Shown here: positions 1 to 12,289 of the stretch, piece by piece | Layout: each line of letters opens with the position of its first letter | How positions within the stretch are numbered: position 1 is the first letter of the stretch | Notes under the pieces: generated by a model | Told to the model about the DNA's origin: nothing | Database searches by the model: none | The model's input: only the letters and a program-made list of their open reading frames with translations | Assembly (NCBI RefSeq): GCF_000315625.1 | Contig: NW_005434671.1 | Span: forward strand, 1,177,432-1,241,431 | Reading direction: 5' to 3' | DNA from: Guillardia theta CCMP2712 | Taxonomy: Eukaryota; Protista; Cryptophyta | Length of the DNA: 64,000 nucleotides | Position numbers and translations under genes: made by a program

Positions 1-450
1 AAAGGTAGAACTTGACTTGTATCAGCCTGCCTTTCCCACCTCGAATAGTTCACCTGCTCTGCTTATGCTCACCCTGTGCTTGTCACTTTCACACCCCCGT
101 TCGCTTCATTTTGATTTGTTCTTGCCAGGATTGTATTTTGAGCTCGTGGGGCCTCGTGTGCTGTGCTACGTGGTTTTGGATCAAAGTCACCTGTCAGGGC
201 GACCTCGTTTCGCCATTGGAATCTCCTCACAAGAAACCGTTTGAGCAACTGCTGATAGCTTGTCGAGCGTCAGAGGTCCATTCCTTCAAAGTTCCAAATC
301 ACAAAGTGCTTGTCAGCATGCCAGCTCAACATTCTCGAAAACCATTCATTGGGGATATTCTCTGCAAGTACACAAGGAATGTGGAAGAATCGGTGATCCC
401 CTTCTTGCCAGCTCTGTCTCGAAGATTTGACTTCGTGCCATGTCAAGGAT
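1..450 (-). CDS. probable 5' part of a multi-exon hypothetical gene running off the left edge
   Basis: Short open segments (ENIPNEWFSRMLSWHADK, VAQTVSCEEIPMAKR, HTRPHELKIQSWQEQIKMKRT) separated by ~45-nt stretches with intron-like ends; no family recognised. Confidence 0.3.
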
Positions 451-674
451 CATGAAGGCAAAGGTCCCTTTCAAGAAGGATTTGAACTGTTTGCGAGGGA
501 GGTCTGAATTGCACGTGAGAATTCATTCAATTGTATTGATGACTTGAATGCTGTAACAGTTGAGGCGTGGATGGACGTCAGTTGGGGATGAATGCTTGCT
601 CTTTCAAGGAATCTCTTCGTTTGAGTCTGAATGAATGAATGATCTGAGTCTGAGAGCTGAAGGCCAGGTCCCTC

Positions 675-1010
675 ATTGTCCTCGTACTGATTTTTAACTT
701 AACTTTGAGTAAAGGCCCGGTGAGCACCCTAGCAACCAGTTCACTACTGAGTTAAGTTCGGCACCGTTACTCGAAGTCAAGTTAACCGTTACAGTAAAAG
801 AGAAATCAACGAAGGACAAACATTACTCAAAGTTAAGTCAAAGATCAGTACGAGGACAATCAGGAGAGTAGAGGAGGGCGCGGCTTGACCCTGACGGCCT
901 ACCGGGTCGCACAGGCCATACCGTAAGAGAAAAAACAGCGAGAACCAACCCTCACAATCTTTTACTCAAAGGTAAGCTAAAGATCAGTACGGTACGATCA
1001 GGAGAGTCGA
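675..1010. repeat. 38-bp inverted repeat pair (675-712 / 823-860) plus a third diverged direct copy (962-1010); MITE-like
   Basis: attgtcctcgtactgatttttaacttaactttgagtaa is the reverse complement of ttactcaaagttaagtcaaagatcagtacgaggacaat at 36/38 positions. Confidence 0.75.
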
Positions 1011-1194
1011 TGTGACAGAGTCACAGGTGACGTGAGCCCTGACAAACAATTTGGTGCTCAGTGTAACGCTTTATGGTGTTGTAACCGTGGCCGTGACTCT
1101 GCGCAGGGACGTACCGTACCGTGACTGACATACGCCCCTTGGACAAGGGTGCTAAGGGGCTAATTAGCTGACGGGGGTTGCTCCTCCGAAGTCA

Positions 1195-1286
1195 GAGGAA
1201 AGAGGGGTACTGGGAAAGTCACCGGTGGGGGGGCTCTCCTACCAAGTCAATGAGGAAAGAGGGGTACTGGGAAAGTCACCGGTGGG
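1195..1286. repeat. 35-bp exact direct repeat x2
   Basis: gaggaaagaggggtactgggaaagtcaccggtggg at 1195-1229 and 1252-1286. Confidence 0.9.
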
Positions 1287-1902
1287 TAGACGCATTTGCA
1301 TGGTCATGTGAGGGGTGTCACTTGGAGTGAGCAATCGGACTCGGGGGGTAGGGTAGCCAAAAGGGGACCAACAGTCATAGGGAGATAGGGGTGTAGAGGA
1401 TGTTCGGAGATCGGGTCACGGTGTGATTCGATGGGGTTGTTTGTTGACGGTAGGGACTGAGTTTGCCGGGGTACTTGTAGTGCAGTTGACTGGTTGAATG
1501 GTAGGTGGGGTGGTTGGATCGGGAGGGTTGCTGCCCAACCAAGAGGTCGTTGACAAGGAAAAAAGGATGGAAGACCTTTTAACGTTTGATGTGGGGTGGT
1601 GTCAGGGTTCAGGGGGGTGGGGTCATAGTCTCCACCGGTGTATCTTAATAAGTAAATAGGGGGTTCACAGGTGCAAAAGGAAAGACCGAAAGTTTCTTTT
1701 TACAAGTTATGTAGAATTAAAATATTCTATAGAAGAGGATTGCCATGGCGGTGTGCCAATGCGTCAGTTAGGCCAAGCTATGCGAGAGGATGAAGAAGAG
1801 GTCTAGATGAAGGGAAGAGACAGGTCAGCACGAGACGACACTTGAAGATGAAGGAAGAGGAGAACAGAATCCCATGAAGGAGGGCAAAAGAGGCTTCTAT
1901 TG

Positions 1903-4900
1903 ATGATATCAGAGCAACAAGGGGAGAATCTTGCTGACTCTCACATCGGCCAGATCATTCGCCGCGAAGAGTATGAGAATACAAGTATTCATGAGCGGAG
2001 GAAGCAAAGGGACCGCAGGGAGAGCAGTACGTGCACGGGCGCTGCAGCCCTTGAGGAACTTGTTGTTGACGCAGAATCGGGTGAGGACTTCAACCAGTCA
2101 GATACGAATACAGACTCTTTGCAGCAAAGTGAGGGAATGCTGTCATCTTGGAAGAGGAGAATAAGCTCTCCAGGCTTGTTCCGAAGAAGCTCACTACTGT
2201 TTGGGGGATTAAAGTCTGTGGAAGACTCAATGAAGGCAACTTTTCTATCAGAATGGAAGGAGGAATTCAAGGAGATGAACTATCAGCCAACCGCAATTCT
2301 TTTGTTCACTTACCTCTCAGTACCTTGCTTTGCTCTCTTTTCTTGTCTCGGTGAATAATTTGAGCAAGGAAGGATTCGTAGATTGGAAGTACATTCCAGG
2401 CTCGACATACTTGCTCAGCAGTTTGATATGTTGCACGCTGGCAGGCATGTTCACCATGAAGAAGTATCGTTTGTTTTGCATGAGGAACTATGAATGTTTG
2501 ATCACGCTGTATTTGGTGCAATACGTCTCCGTTATCGTCATGTCTGCATGGCTGACAGAGATCGGCAACGTCCTCTTTTCGAAGGACAACGGGCTGGTTG
2601 CTTTTAACAGCACAACCTCCAAAGGGAGGTTCCAGAGAATCTGTCAAGAGCTCGATCCTGCGAAAGTCATGCTTCTTTCAGCAAATGTGAAGCCGTCAGG
2701 ATGCGATACGCTCATCATCAATGGCAGGCAGATGGGGATTTACATGAATGCTTTCCTGGAGCTCATTGTCTTTAGTCTGCACTGGAGAAGAACCTTGATA
2801 ATATCCATTTACATGGTGGTCTTGCTGATTGTTGCAGTGCTTTCCAGCGGAACATATGTTCTTTCGCTCATCACAGCTTCCGTCTTCTTCATTATTGCTG
2901 GTCTCTCCTCCAGTTTCTTCTGTTTTGTTCGTCAAGAGAATGAGAAGCAGACTTTTGCGATCGCTAAGCGGACTAGGTTTGCGTCAGAGCAAAGCAGAAA
3001 TCTTGTGAACACCCTGATGCCCGAGAACGTCTTATCGCGGATCACGACCTTGAAATCGAAGGAGTTCGTCGGAGTCACGATACCGCGATGTACTATCATG
3101 TTCTGCTCTCTCGCTCCTCAAGATGTCATACAGAAAGAATCTTCGCAGAAGATCTTCAACTTCCTTGACTCCGTCTTTGAGACATTCGATTCCAAAGTGC
3201 AACAGTACGGCATGTACAAGTATCAACACGTCGGTGACTGGTACATCATCACCTGCCCTCGAGCTGCAGCTCCGTTCGATGAGGCAGAGCAGTCAAGAGG
3301 CTATCCATCTGAGTACGCCTCGAGGATGGTGAAGTTGGCCAAGAGCCTGATGGACATCGCGGCGATGCAGAAGATCGGCAGTACCCCTTTGAGCCTCAAG
3401 GTAGGGATCAGCTATGGCAGCGTCGCAGGAGCTGTCATTGGGATGCATCGAGCCTTCTACTGTGTGTACGGGGACACGACCAACACGGCGGCAAGGATGT
3501 GCAAGTACTCCCAAGGGGCTCAGATCTTGTGCACGAAAGCGTTTGCTGACCTGCTGGAGACGTGCTCAATGGTGGAAGCTGACTGCCGGTCTGAGGGGAC
3601 CATCGACATCAAGGGGAAGGGGGCGATGGAAGTCTTCTCGATCGAGGTGAAGGGGCCGTCAGATCCGCTCGGAATGGAACGACGATCCGCCTCCATCTCA
3701 GGGGTCTCCACGCATTCCTCACTCTCTGCCTCCGTTGTTGGGATGAAGTTGGAACACTTGAGCGCGCAGAGCAGAGAGTTGCTCAAGAGCGATCAGTACA
3801 GGATCGGCAGACTATGGTGCCAGTTCAAAGATGCAACCTCAGAGGAGCTGTTTCTCAATCAGAGTCTGAATACTCACCGTCTCAAGCTGACCATTGGCAT
3901 CGCTCTTCACTTTTGCGCAGTTTTCCTGCAATTTCATATGGTTGTGTTCCCGGAGTATTCCTACAATTATGCCAACTTTGGAGCTTCGCAGCTTGAGGAG
4001 GAAAAGAAGATTGTGTTTCGCGCACTGACGATTCATCTTGTGATCTCAGGTTTGTGCAGCGCTTGTCTTGTGGCTGGGATGTGGACTTTCCAGTACAAGT
4101 TGCTCTTGTATCAATGGATCTTCGTGATCATGAAGCTGGTGTTTCTCTCTATCTGTGTTTATGCAAACAAGCATGAAGCTCCTCTCTCATGGACTCTTTG
4201 TTTTCCTTTCTTGTTTGTTGCTGCCCAGTCCAATTCCTGTGGTATTCAATTCAATCAAGCCCTCGTCGTTTGGATTGTCAGTATCATCACCTTCGTAGCC
4301 TGGACCGTCTCCAAGTCTTCGCGCAATTATCTCGTGGAGGACTTGGTCATCCTCCTCCTCACCGGCATCGTCGCGCTCATCGTCGTCCGGGTCAGCGATC
4401 GCTCGGAGCGATTCCGGTGGAGGATGCATCAGGTGTTCAACATCGAGTCATGTCGGCTCAAGGAGATCCTCTCTGACCTCATGCCCTCCAACGTGGCAGA
4501 GGACATGATGAGCAACTCGATGAAGCAACCTTGTCAGATGGAGCTCGCTGTCGTGCTCGAGCTCGATCTCTGCAACTTCACGACGCTCTCGCAAGGAATG
4601 GATCCAATCGAGCTTGCCAACATGATCCATCGGGTCTTCTCCAAGTTCGATCTCATCGTGCAAGACAAGGGGTTGTTCAAGATGGATACAGTAGGCGATG
4701 CTTACATCGTCTCCGGTTGGCTACCGCAGGAGAAGGGATGGAGGTTGAAGAAGGAAACCAAACAAATCTGTCATTCTATGCTTGACCTCGCGCGCTCAAT
4801 GCTCACAATCGTGCAAGAGCAATCGCTGGGAGAGAACAGCACCCTGAGCTGCAGGATCGGCGTCTCCATCGGCATGGTGGCATCTGGCATCTTGGGAAAG

Positions 4901-5380
4901 ATTCAGTCACGGTTTCATATCATCGGACAGGCTCTGAAGGAGGCGGAGCAGCTCGAACATGACGCGCAAGTCAACTCAGTTCATGTCTGCGACTCCTTCC
5001 TTCGAATCCTCGCTGTGGACAAGGTCGGGGATCCCCCGCACCCTCCTGCTTCTGTGATGGAACGGAAGAAGGCGATGAAAGAGGGCAGGTCTCTAAAGCA
5101 GCTCTTTGGGCATTCGAACAAGACCAACGAGGAGGACGAGGAGGAGAAGGCTGTAAGCAGACATTTCAGCAGAAGCGCCTCACAGATTCTCCTTGAGCTG
5201 GACGAGGTAGTCAGCCCTGATGGCTGGGACCTCATCGAGACTCGGGAGTTTCACCCTCCTATCAGCGATCAGGATGACGCCAACGCGTCCGTGGCGTTCA
5301 AGCTGCTCGAACCGTCAAAGACAAGTCACGTGCTGAGACCGCAGCCTCCTCAAGTCTCGATGAGCAGAGTACCGCTGTAG
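1903..5380 (+). CDS. membrane class III nucleotidyl cyclase, 6TM-C1-6TM-C2 topology (probable guanylyl cyclase); frame change near 2320-2358
   Basis: ORF 2330-5380 has two hydrophobic clusters and two cyclase domains (KYQHVGDWY...KVGISYGSVAGAVIG...YCVYGDTTNTAARM...IDIKGKGAM; ELDLCNFT...KMDTVGDAY...RIGVSIG); upstream ORF 1900-2358 supplies the N-terminus and the start of TM1. Confidence 0.93.
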
Positions 5381-5747
5381 GGTCATGATCTCAACCAGTG
5401 TATGATGAATGTTGCAGTCAATAAATTACTGTCAGGTGAACTTGTGTTGACCCGCGTCAGCTCAGCTCGAGCCTGGCAGTGACCATGGCTGCGAGTTCAG
5501 TGAGGGCAGCATGATTGGAACGGCCGCCGCTTGAGCCGGCAAAACTTGCCAAGTCGGACTCAGATCGTGAAGATCGTAGCCTACAGTTGAAACTACTGAG
5601 GAAAATCCTTTTACAGGTTTTTTGTTTCACTTCCCTGGCATGTCGCAATGCGGCGCTTGTTGGGCTCCGTGCAGCCTGCGATCGGCGACATGGCAGCGAA
5701 GAGGATCCGCCCCGAGCAGACCGAGGACAAGAGAGAAGCTAGTGACC

Positions 5748-7053
5748 ATGAGAGGATGCTGTGAGAGTGATCCGAACAAGATGTGGATGAAAAGATCCCA
5801 CGTCCTGGGCCTGATGCTGTCGTGCTTGTCCATTCCCTGGATAGCTGGAGCTGAGCATCCTAGAAGCAAGAATCACAACTCCGCACGAGACAATAAGATT
5901 TGGGATGATGAGATCCCTGTAACTGGCTACAAAGTCGTCAGAAGGTATGAACACGATCAGCGTTCGTTCACACAGGGGTTAGAGTTCGATGGCGAGGACA
6001 CAATGCTGGAAGGGACAGGACTCTATGGAAAATCTCTGCTTCGACGACTACGCTACAAGGACAGCAAGTTAGCACGTCTATTGCCGTCTTGCCATCTCTC
6101 TGAATCATTGGCAGGGTGCTTCAAGAAACTGCCCTGGATGAGGATCTATTCGGAGAAGGGATCACGGTCTATCAGGATTTTATCGTTCAGTTGACATGGA
6201 AGGAGAATGTTGCGCTCGTCTACGACAAGAACTCTTTAGAGCGGAAAGGATCGTTTACCTATCCCTACGAAGGATGGTAACTTCAATCTGACTCCACCAC
6301 TGGATGAACTTCTTGGCAGGGGAGCCGTCACAATGGGTGACTCGTTGATTACGACAGATGGGACCAACGTTTTAAGGTTCTGGAGTTACGGGCCAGACGG
6401 CTCCGGGCTCGAGCAAGAATGGACTGAAACCAAGTCTGTCAAGCTCGTGGACAAACATGGCAATGAAGCCAAAGATGTTGTTTGGAAGCGACCAGATGGT
6501 TTTGATGTTCCAGTGTTGTTTTGCGTGAAGTGACTTGGCAAGCACAGGTGTGGCGGTGAGGATTGCGATCCGGCTGAACGAGCTAGAGAATGTGGAGGGA
6601 GAACTTTGGGCAAACTTGTGGCCGACAGAGACAATCATAAGAATTGATCCGAAGTCAGGAAGAATCTTGGTGAGCTCTGTGTTGAATCGATCCCTACCAC
6701 TCTGCCCTGCTCATGTGAAGGATCAGGGCTGGGTTGACCTCCGCGGACTTCGACGCGAGTGTGAGAAGATCGCTGGCCCAATGAAACAGCTTGACGTTCT
6801 CAACGGTATCGCCTTCCACAAGGGCTCGCAAGGGCGCAAGCTTATCGTCACAGGCAAGTGGTGGCCGCGCAGTTTTGAAATCGAGCTTATCGGAAGCTCT
6901 CCCACCTGTACGGCGAAGGACGGAGACTATAGACAAGAAGCTGCTTGTCATTCGCTTGCCTGGCCTCCCTCCAGGCATGCAGGATCCGGTGAAGTTTCCC
7001 TCTCCAACTCAATTTCTCGTCAAATTATCCCTGAGATGAACTTCGGGGATTGA
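5748..7053 (+). CDS. QCT: glutaminyl-peptide cyclotransferase (plant/bacterial beta-propeller type), signal peptide, 4 introns
   Basis: Motifs HDQRSFTQGLEF, EGTGLYG, FGEGIT, QLTW, YEGWG, LNELE, ANLWP, DVLNGIA, VTGKWW assembled across introns (e.g. GT-AG 6068-6114). Confidence 0.93.
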
Positions 7054-7297
7054 TGTAGTAACTCACTGAAGAAGATCGGAATATTAGGAGATGTTAATAG
7101 TAGACAACTTAATGTGATGGTAATGCAGATCAACCAAGGGCATGCTCTTGCTGCGATGCAAATGCCGTCACCTGTGAAATTTCTTGCTTAGGAAGATAAT
7201 CGCATGCACTAAAATGAACGGCAAGGAACCTTGTCGTAATCGCTCTTGATCTTGGCCTCTAATCTTTTCATCATCGCAATGGCTCGCTGCTTCTTCG

Positions 7298-8371
7298 TCA
7301 AACTGTTCTCCTGCGACCCAAGGATATCAAATCATCTGGCGCATCATGGATGGAGCTTACATGCAAGTCTTGAATGAACTTGGACACCTTCTTACTGTCC
7401 ACCGCAGAATCCTTGTCTTCGTGCGATACTGAGCACGACTCAACAGTGCAGTCCGGTTTCTTGTCTGCCTTGATCACGGACTTGGAATGTCTTGAAGTCT
7501 TCTGCACAGCTTGTTTCGGATTGATCGTAGTCTGCCTCTCATTACGCTTCTGGTCGCTCTGCAGAGTACCGCGTCCTTCCTGTTCACGAAGTTGATGAAC
7601 ATGCAGCATTTCGGTGCTGTCCTCGTCCTTCATTGCAGTGACTGGAAGAGCAATCACCTGAGCCTTGAGATCATCCCGATGTTTGACTTTCTTTTCCGTT
7701 TCCATCCCCGAAGAGTCCGAGCCTTCTTTCTTCACCTTGATCTGTCGTCGAGTGCCTGACTCGTGTCGCTCTACACCATGCCCTTGATTAAATTTCTCGA
7801 GATTGCGTTGCACATCTTTTAGTTTCAGTTTGAGCTCTTCCTCTTTCTTCTGAGAACTTTGTTTTAGCTCGTTCAGAGACTTCACAATTTCATCTTCTTT
7901 TTCCTCGGCAAAAAGTTTTACCTCCCCAGATTCTTCCTCTTTCAACAGTTCGGAGATTTGATTATTCCGATGCGAGTAGATGCTTCTAAGCTGGACCCCC
8001 AGCTTGTCAAGGCGTTGCATTGCTTTATGGTCAACAGCTCTCATCTTCTTGACGTATGAAATCTCAAGATGACTGAGTTCTTTCGCCCATTTGCTCTCAA
8101 CAGACCTGATTCGGCCAGCCGCTTCACCATGTTTGCTCGTGGAATTGCTTCCACGCGGGCTGTAAGAGACAGAAGCCATGGCCATGCTTTGATCGCTTTG
8201 TTGAGATCTCGAACCGATTGGGTAAGTGTACAGCAAGAACACGGTGGACGAGAGCATCAATGCAGCGAAACTAAATGCCAGCATCCGCGAGTCTCTCTTG
8301 CGTACAGTCTTCCGCACTTGACAAGCAGAGAAGTGAACGGGACCGAAGGGAAAGTCGGGAGGATGCGCCAT
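7298..8371 (-). CDS. hypothetical type II membrane protein with coiled coil
   Basis: Long ORF, one hydrophobic helix (MLAFSFAALMLSSTVFLLYTY) followed by a K/E-rich heptad region; start uncertain. Confidence 0.65.
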   Translation of the reverse strand: MAHPPDFPFGPVHFSACQVRKTVRKRDSRMLAFSFAALMLSSTVFLLYTYPIGSRSQQSDQSMAMASVSYSPRGSNSTSKHGEAAGRIRSVESKWAKELSHLEISYVKKMRAVDHKAMQRLDKLGVQLRSIYSHRNNQISELLKEEESGEVKLFAEEKEDEIVKSLNELKQSSQKKEEELKLKLKDVQRNLEKFNQGHGVERHESGTRRQIKVKKEGSDSSGMETEKKVKHRDDLKAQVIALPVTAMKDEDSTEMLHVHQLREQEGRGTLQSDQKRNERQTTINPKQAVQKTSRHSKSVIKADKKPDCTVESCSVSHEDKDSAVDSKKVSKFIQDLHVSSIHDAPDDLISLGRRRTV

Positions 8372-8883
8372 GATAAGAGTCTGAAGGGATGAGATCGATT
8401 TGCAGCGCCTCGCTTCACCTACTCCCTTGCGTTCCCGCTTTCGGCGCCATAGTCGCCGAGCCGAGCACCGGAAAAAGAACAAAAAAGAAATCAAGAAAAA
8501 AGAATGTGTAAAATAAAAAAAGAATTGCAGGGACCGGTTTGTGAAACGTGGATTCATGTGCCTGCAGTAGGGTTGGGTGGTTAGATTCCACGGGGGTAGG
8601 GTGATTAATTTGAGGGGGTGGTATAGATTATGCCATATGATTCAGCTCGTCATGCCTTCAGCGTCTCGATTCATTAAAAGGCTTAAAAGAGAAAATCGTG
8701 TATAGGGGAATCCCTTCGTACTCTTGGCGGGGGTATAGTTCATTTACAGGGTGGGATAAATCAGAGAAGGTAGGTAGTGACGATGGATGGGGTGGGGTTC
8801 ACGGGGTGTGCAGGCGCATGGCGCTGAGGAATGAAATGTGTGAAGGGGGAGGAGGAAGGAGGGAGAAGGGAGAGGGAGCGAGG

Positions 8884-9186
8884 AAGGGAGAGAGAAGATG
8901 CAAGGGGAGGGGAAGAGGTAGAAGAGGAATATATGAAACTTTAAAGGGAGAAAGAAGATGCAAGGAGAGGGGAAGAGGTAGAAGAGGAATATATGAAACT
9001 TTAAAGGGAGAAAGAAGATGCGAGGAGAGGGGAAGAGGTAGAAGAGGAATGTATGAAACTTTAAAGGGAGAAAGAAGATGCAAGGGGGGGGGAAGAGGTA
9101 GAAGAGGAATATATGAAACTTTAAAGGGAGAAAGAAGATGCAAGGGGAGGGGAAGAGGTAGAAGAGGAATATATGAAACTTTAAAG
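8884..9186. repeat. 60-bp purine-rich minisatellite x5
   Basis: Unit aagggagaaagaagatgcaaggagaggggaagaggtagaagaggaatatatgaaacttta repeated with few substitutions. Confidence 0.95.
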
Positions 9187-9672
9187 GCATGTAAAGAGAT
9201 AAAATTCAAGATACTCAAGATGAAATTGAGTTTTGCAGAAAATTGGGGAAGTGGAATACGCGGGAACTTGACCCTTTGAATAGAGACTTGGAAGAAGAGA
9301 GACATTTGGGATGGAGTAGAGTATGATAGCTAAGTAAGCCTGTAGGTCTTCTGCATGATGCAAGGAATGCATAAGTGGAGATGTATTATGCATTCAAAGG
9401 ACAGGATGAGTTGTACTCCTTCAGTCAAAGTTGTGAGTTCTACAATGCACTCGTCTTCTCTCAAGCACTCCTCTTGTAACGGCCCTCCCATGAAGCATGG
9501 GACAAAAAGAGCACGAGAATTGTAGTAGAAGCAAGCGTCTCAGGAAGTGAACTGTACGATGATTTATCGAAAACTCTTATCTAGACAAAGCCACTTCACA
9601 TTTAGTGTAAAACGTTTGAGGCAACCATGTCGATGCCCTCGAATCTGATCGTTTGGTGGTTGTATAGGGACC

Positions 9673-10266
9673 ATGGACATGAACTACTTGCAGCAAGATC
9701 CTCGCGTGGCGCGCGAGATGATCTCTCTCCTCGAAAGACAGCTGGTGGAAATCAGAACAGCTGCTGAAGCCAATCCTAACGACTACAACGTGTATGCCAA
9801 GTGGGGAGAACTCTTGCTAGAGCTCTCGATGTTCAAGAACGGAGATGAAGCCACACAGATCTTGTCTCAATGTATAAACAAGCTGGAGAAAAGTCTCAGC
9901 ATCTTCCCTGATAATCCTCACCCGATGATAGTTCTTGCTTCAGCGCTCAATGCTCGCGCGTTCTTGCAGCACGACACTCAGGTGGCTCTTTCTCTGTTCG
10001 ATCGATCCAAGAAGAATTTCGAGAGAGCGCTGGAGCTCGACCCCACCAACGATAAGTGCCGGCAGCTCCTTGAAGCCATGGAGAACGCGCCTGAGCTGCA
10101 TCAACGTGTGGTTGCTCAGCTGCAGGCGGAAGGACAGTACTCGAACAAGTCTGCTCCGACCGCGGGGAACGACGAGTGGTTCTATGATGCGTTGGGTTGG
10201 GGCATCTTGATCTTCGGAGGAATCTCAGTTTTGGCGATCTTGAATATGAAGCAATCGGCTGCGTAA
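9673..10266 (+). CDS. TOM20: plant-type mitochondrial import receptor Tom20 (TPR domain, C-terminal anchor)
   Basis: NPND..WGELLLELS, KLE, AFL, F..ALELDP.N, APELH and YDALGWGIL + TM match the plant Tom20 signature pattern. Confidence 0.88.
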   Translation: MDMNYLQQDPRVAREMISLLERQLVEIRTAAEANPNDYNVYAKWGELLLELSMFKNGDEATQILSQCINKLEKSLSIFPDNPHPMIVLASALNARAFLQHDTQVALSLFDRSKKNFERALELDPTNDKCRQLLEAMENAPELHQRVVAQLQAEGQYSNKSAPTAGNDEWFYDALGWGILIFGGISVLAILNMKQSAA

Positions 10267-10400
10267 TGGAATGACTAGTTTGGGAATAAAAACCCATTCC
10301 TTGCATGATTTTATTACACATACGCGCAATTCAACTTATCAAGAACTATCAAAATCTATTGAGACATTAAGATTACATTGCTGTTATGATCTCTTCGTCC

Positions 10401-12115
10401 TCACAACATTATCATCCAACTGCGCTGAGACTTTGAGCTTGGAATGATCATTTCGCGAACAAGAATTGCCTCGCGCTCGTCGCCAGGATCTTTGTAGGAT
10501 ATCTTCTCTGAAGCGCGCATCTCGTTAGAGATCTCAGTGCCTTCATCGTCTTCTTCGTCTATCTTCGAGAGCTTGTTTCCCTGAGCAAGGGCTGCTGAGA
10601 CATGATCGACCCGCAGACATTCCTCGCTGGGTTCTTGCAGGACTGGTCCAGGAGTGGGGTCTGACGTGTCAGGGATTCGAGCTTCCCTCTCTTGCACTCG
10701 ATCGTCTTTGAAGAACCTTGAGAAGGAGTCCAGAAGAGTCCCCAGCAGCGATTTTCCCGGTTCGTCCTGGAGCTCTGAAGGATGTTCAGCCGGTATCTGG
10801 CGATCCATGGGAGATTCGTGATCTTCGAGGTCTCCAGGTGACTGAAGCTGCGAGATCAGTGCTTGGTTGACGTCCGTGAAAAGGTTCTTGCAGTTGTTTT
10901 CTTGTTGCTTCACATAGAACAAGATGGCTTTGCGGTCTATGCTCCGTTGATGAATCGCCTTTCCGACAAGGGACCTCAGTGCCTCTGCATCGAACGAGTT
11001 GAGATCCAGATTCTGCTGCAGAGGGTCGCGCTCGAAAGTCTTCTTCAAGAAGTCAAGAGATGACGAATTTCTGAAGCATAGCTGATCTAGCTTTTGACTG
11101 ATTTGCACGTTCAGCATCAACAGTTGTTCGATTGCACTCTTCTGATCGTCGAGCTTTTGTTGAACCTCATTGAGGTGCTCAGTTGTGGTACTGAAGCTGT
11201 TTGTAGCCCATGCCCTTGCGTTCTCACATGTCACCAATCTCTGCGTGAGTTTCATCGTAGAGTTGAGGTATTGTCTCCTTGTGTCTTTCAGTTCCTCGTT
11301 CAAAGCGAAGATGACAAGGTTTTGTTGTTCTACTTCCTCCTTTGCATTGCTGTACATGGCCTCCAGCTCTTCGTTAAGACTAAGAAGGTTCGCGTGTTGC
11401 TTTCTGAGATTCTCATATAGGTAAGACAAGACGTCATCATTCTTCATGCTCTCATCCCTTTCTCTGACATCCTTGTCTGCTTTCGAGATTGCTTCAAGAT
11501 TTTCAAATTGCTTCACGAGTCCTTTGACATACTCATCTCGTGAAAGCATATATCCCTCGAAATGCTCTGCAGGTTTGTCACATGGTGACAATGACATGAT
11601 GGTGACTTACGTATCTTCTGGGTCGCATTCTTGATGATGTTTATCATCGCTTCGTGATCTCCCTGCTAATGCTATCAACGTCCAGCTCGTCATGTCAGTG
11701 TCTGCGTCACCTGAAGCCAGAGTTGACCTTGTAACTGCTCTAGCTCCCTTGCCAGTTTGCAGAGAGAACTCTGCTTCACGTTTAACTCCGTGTCGTATTC
11801 TTGGATCTTCACTTCCTGTTCCTTTAGCTTTTTTTCGAGATTCTCGATAATCTTATCCGATTCCATGGAGCGCTGCCTTGCTTGGTTTGTACACGCAAAG
11901 ATGTAGTCTAGACAGGTTTCCATCTCATCTAATTGCTTCTGAATCATCATCTTCACAACAGCAACCGTGTTCTGTGTCATCCCACACGTTTCATGACCTT
12001 CATCACACACAAGCTTAACCACAAACTGATCGAAAGTCTCCCTGGTGACTTCCAGACTCTCTTTGCACTTGTCCACGGCAGCAAGCGCCTGAGAACTTAA
12101 GGCCTCGCAAGACAT
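10401..12115 (-). CDS. hypothetical coiled-coil protein (at least 2 exons; 5' end uncertain)
   Basis: ORFs 11690-12115 and 10401-11597 are heptad-rich and separated by an intron-sized gap. Confidence 0.7.
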
Positions 12116-12289
12116 CTGAGGGAAAGGTACCCGTCAGCCAAAAACTTGTGAAAAATGCAAAAGTTGATTTGCTTTGAATATCTGGATTTCTTCGACCGTT
12201 TCCACTTTCTTACAGTCTCCTTCCCATTTCCGTCTTTGCACACTATCTACTCTGCTCCCTCATCTCTCCCTAACCCTTGTTTGATCCTC

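Noticed and set aside
8310-8371. FHIT-like start MAHPPDFPFGPVHF
   Set aside because: No HIT motif follows; the ORF continues into a TM and coiled coil
8698-9305. Overlapping ORFs of 148-193 aa
   Set aside because: Produced by a 60-bp minisatellite whose unit length is a multiple of 3
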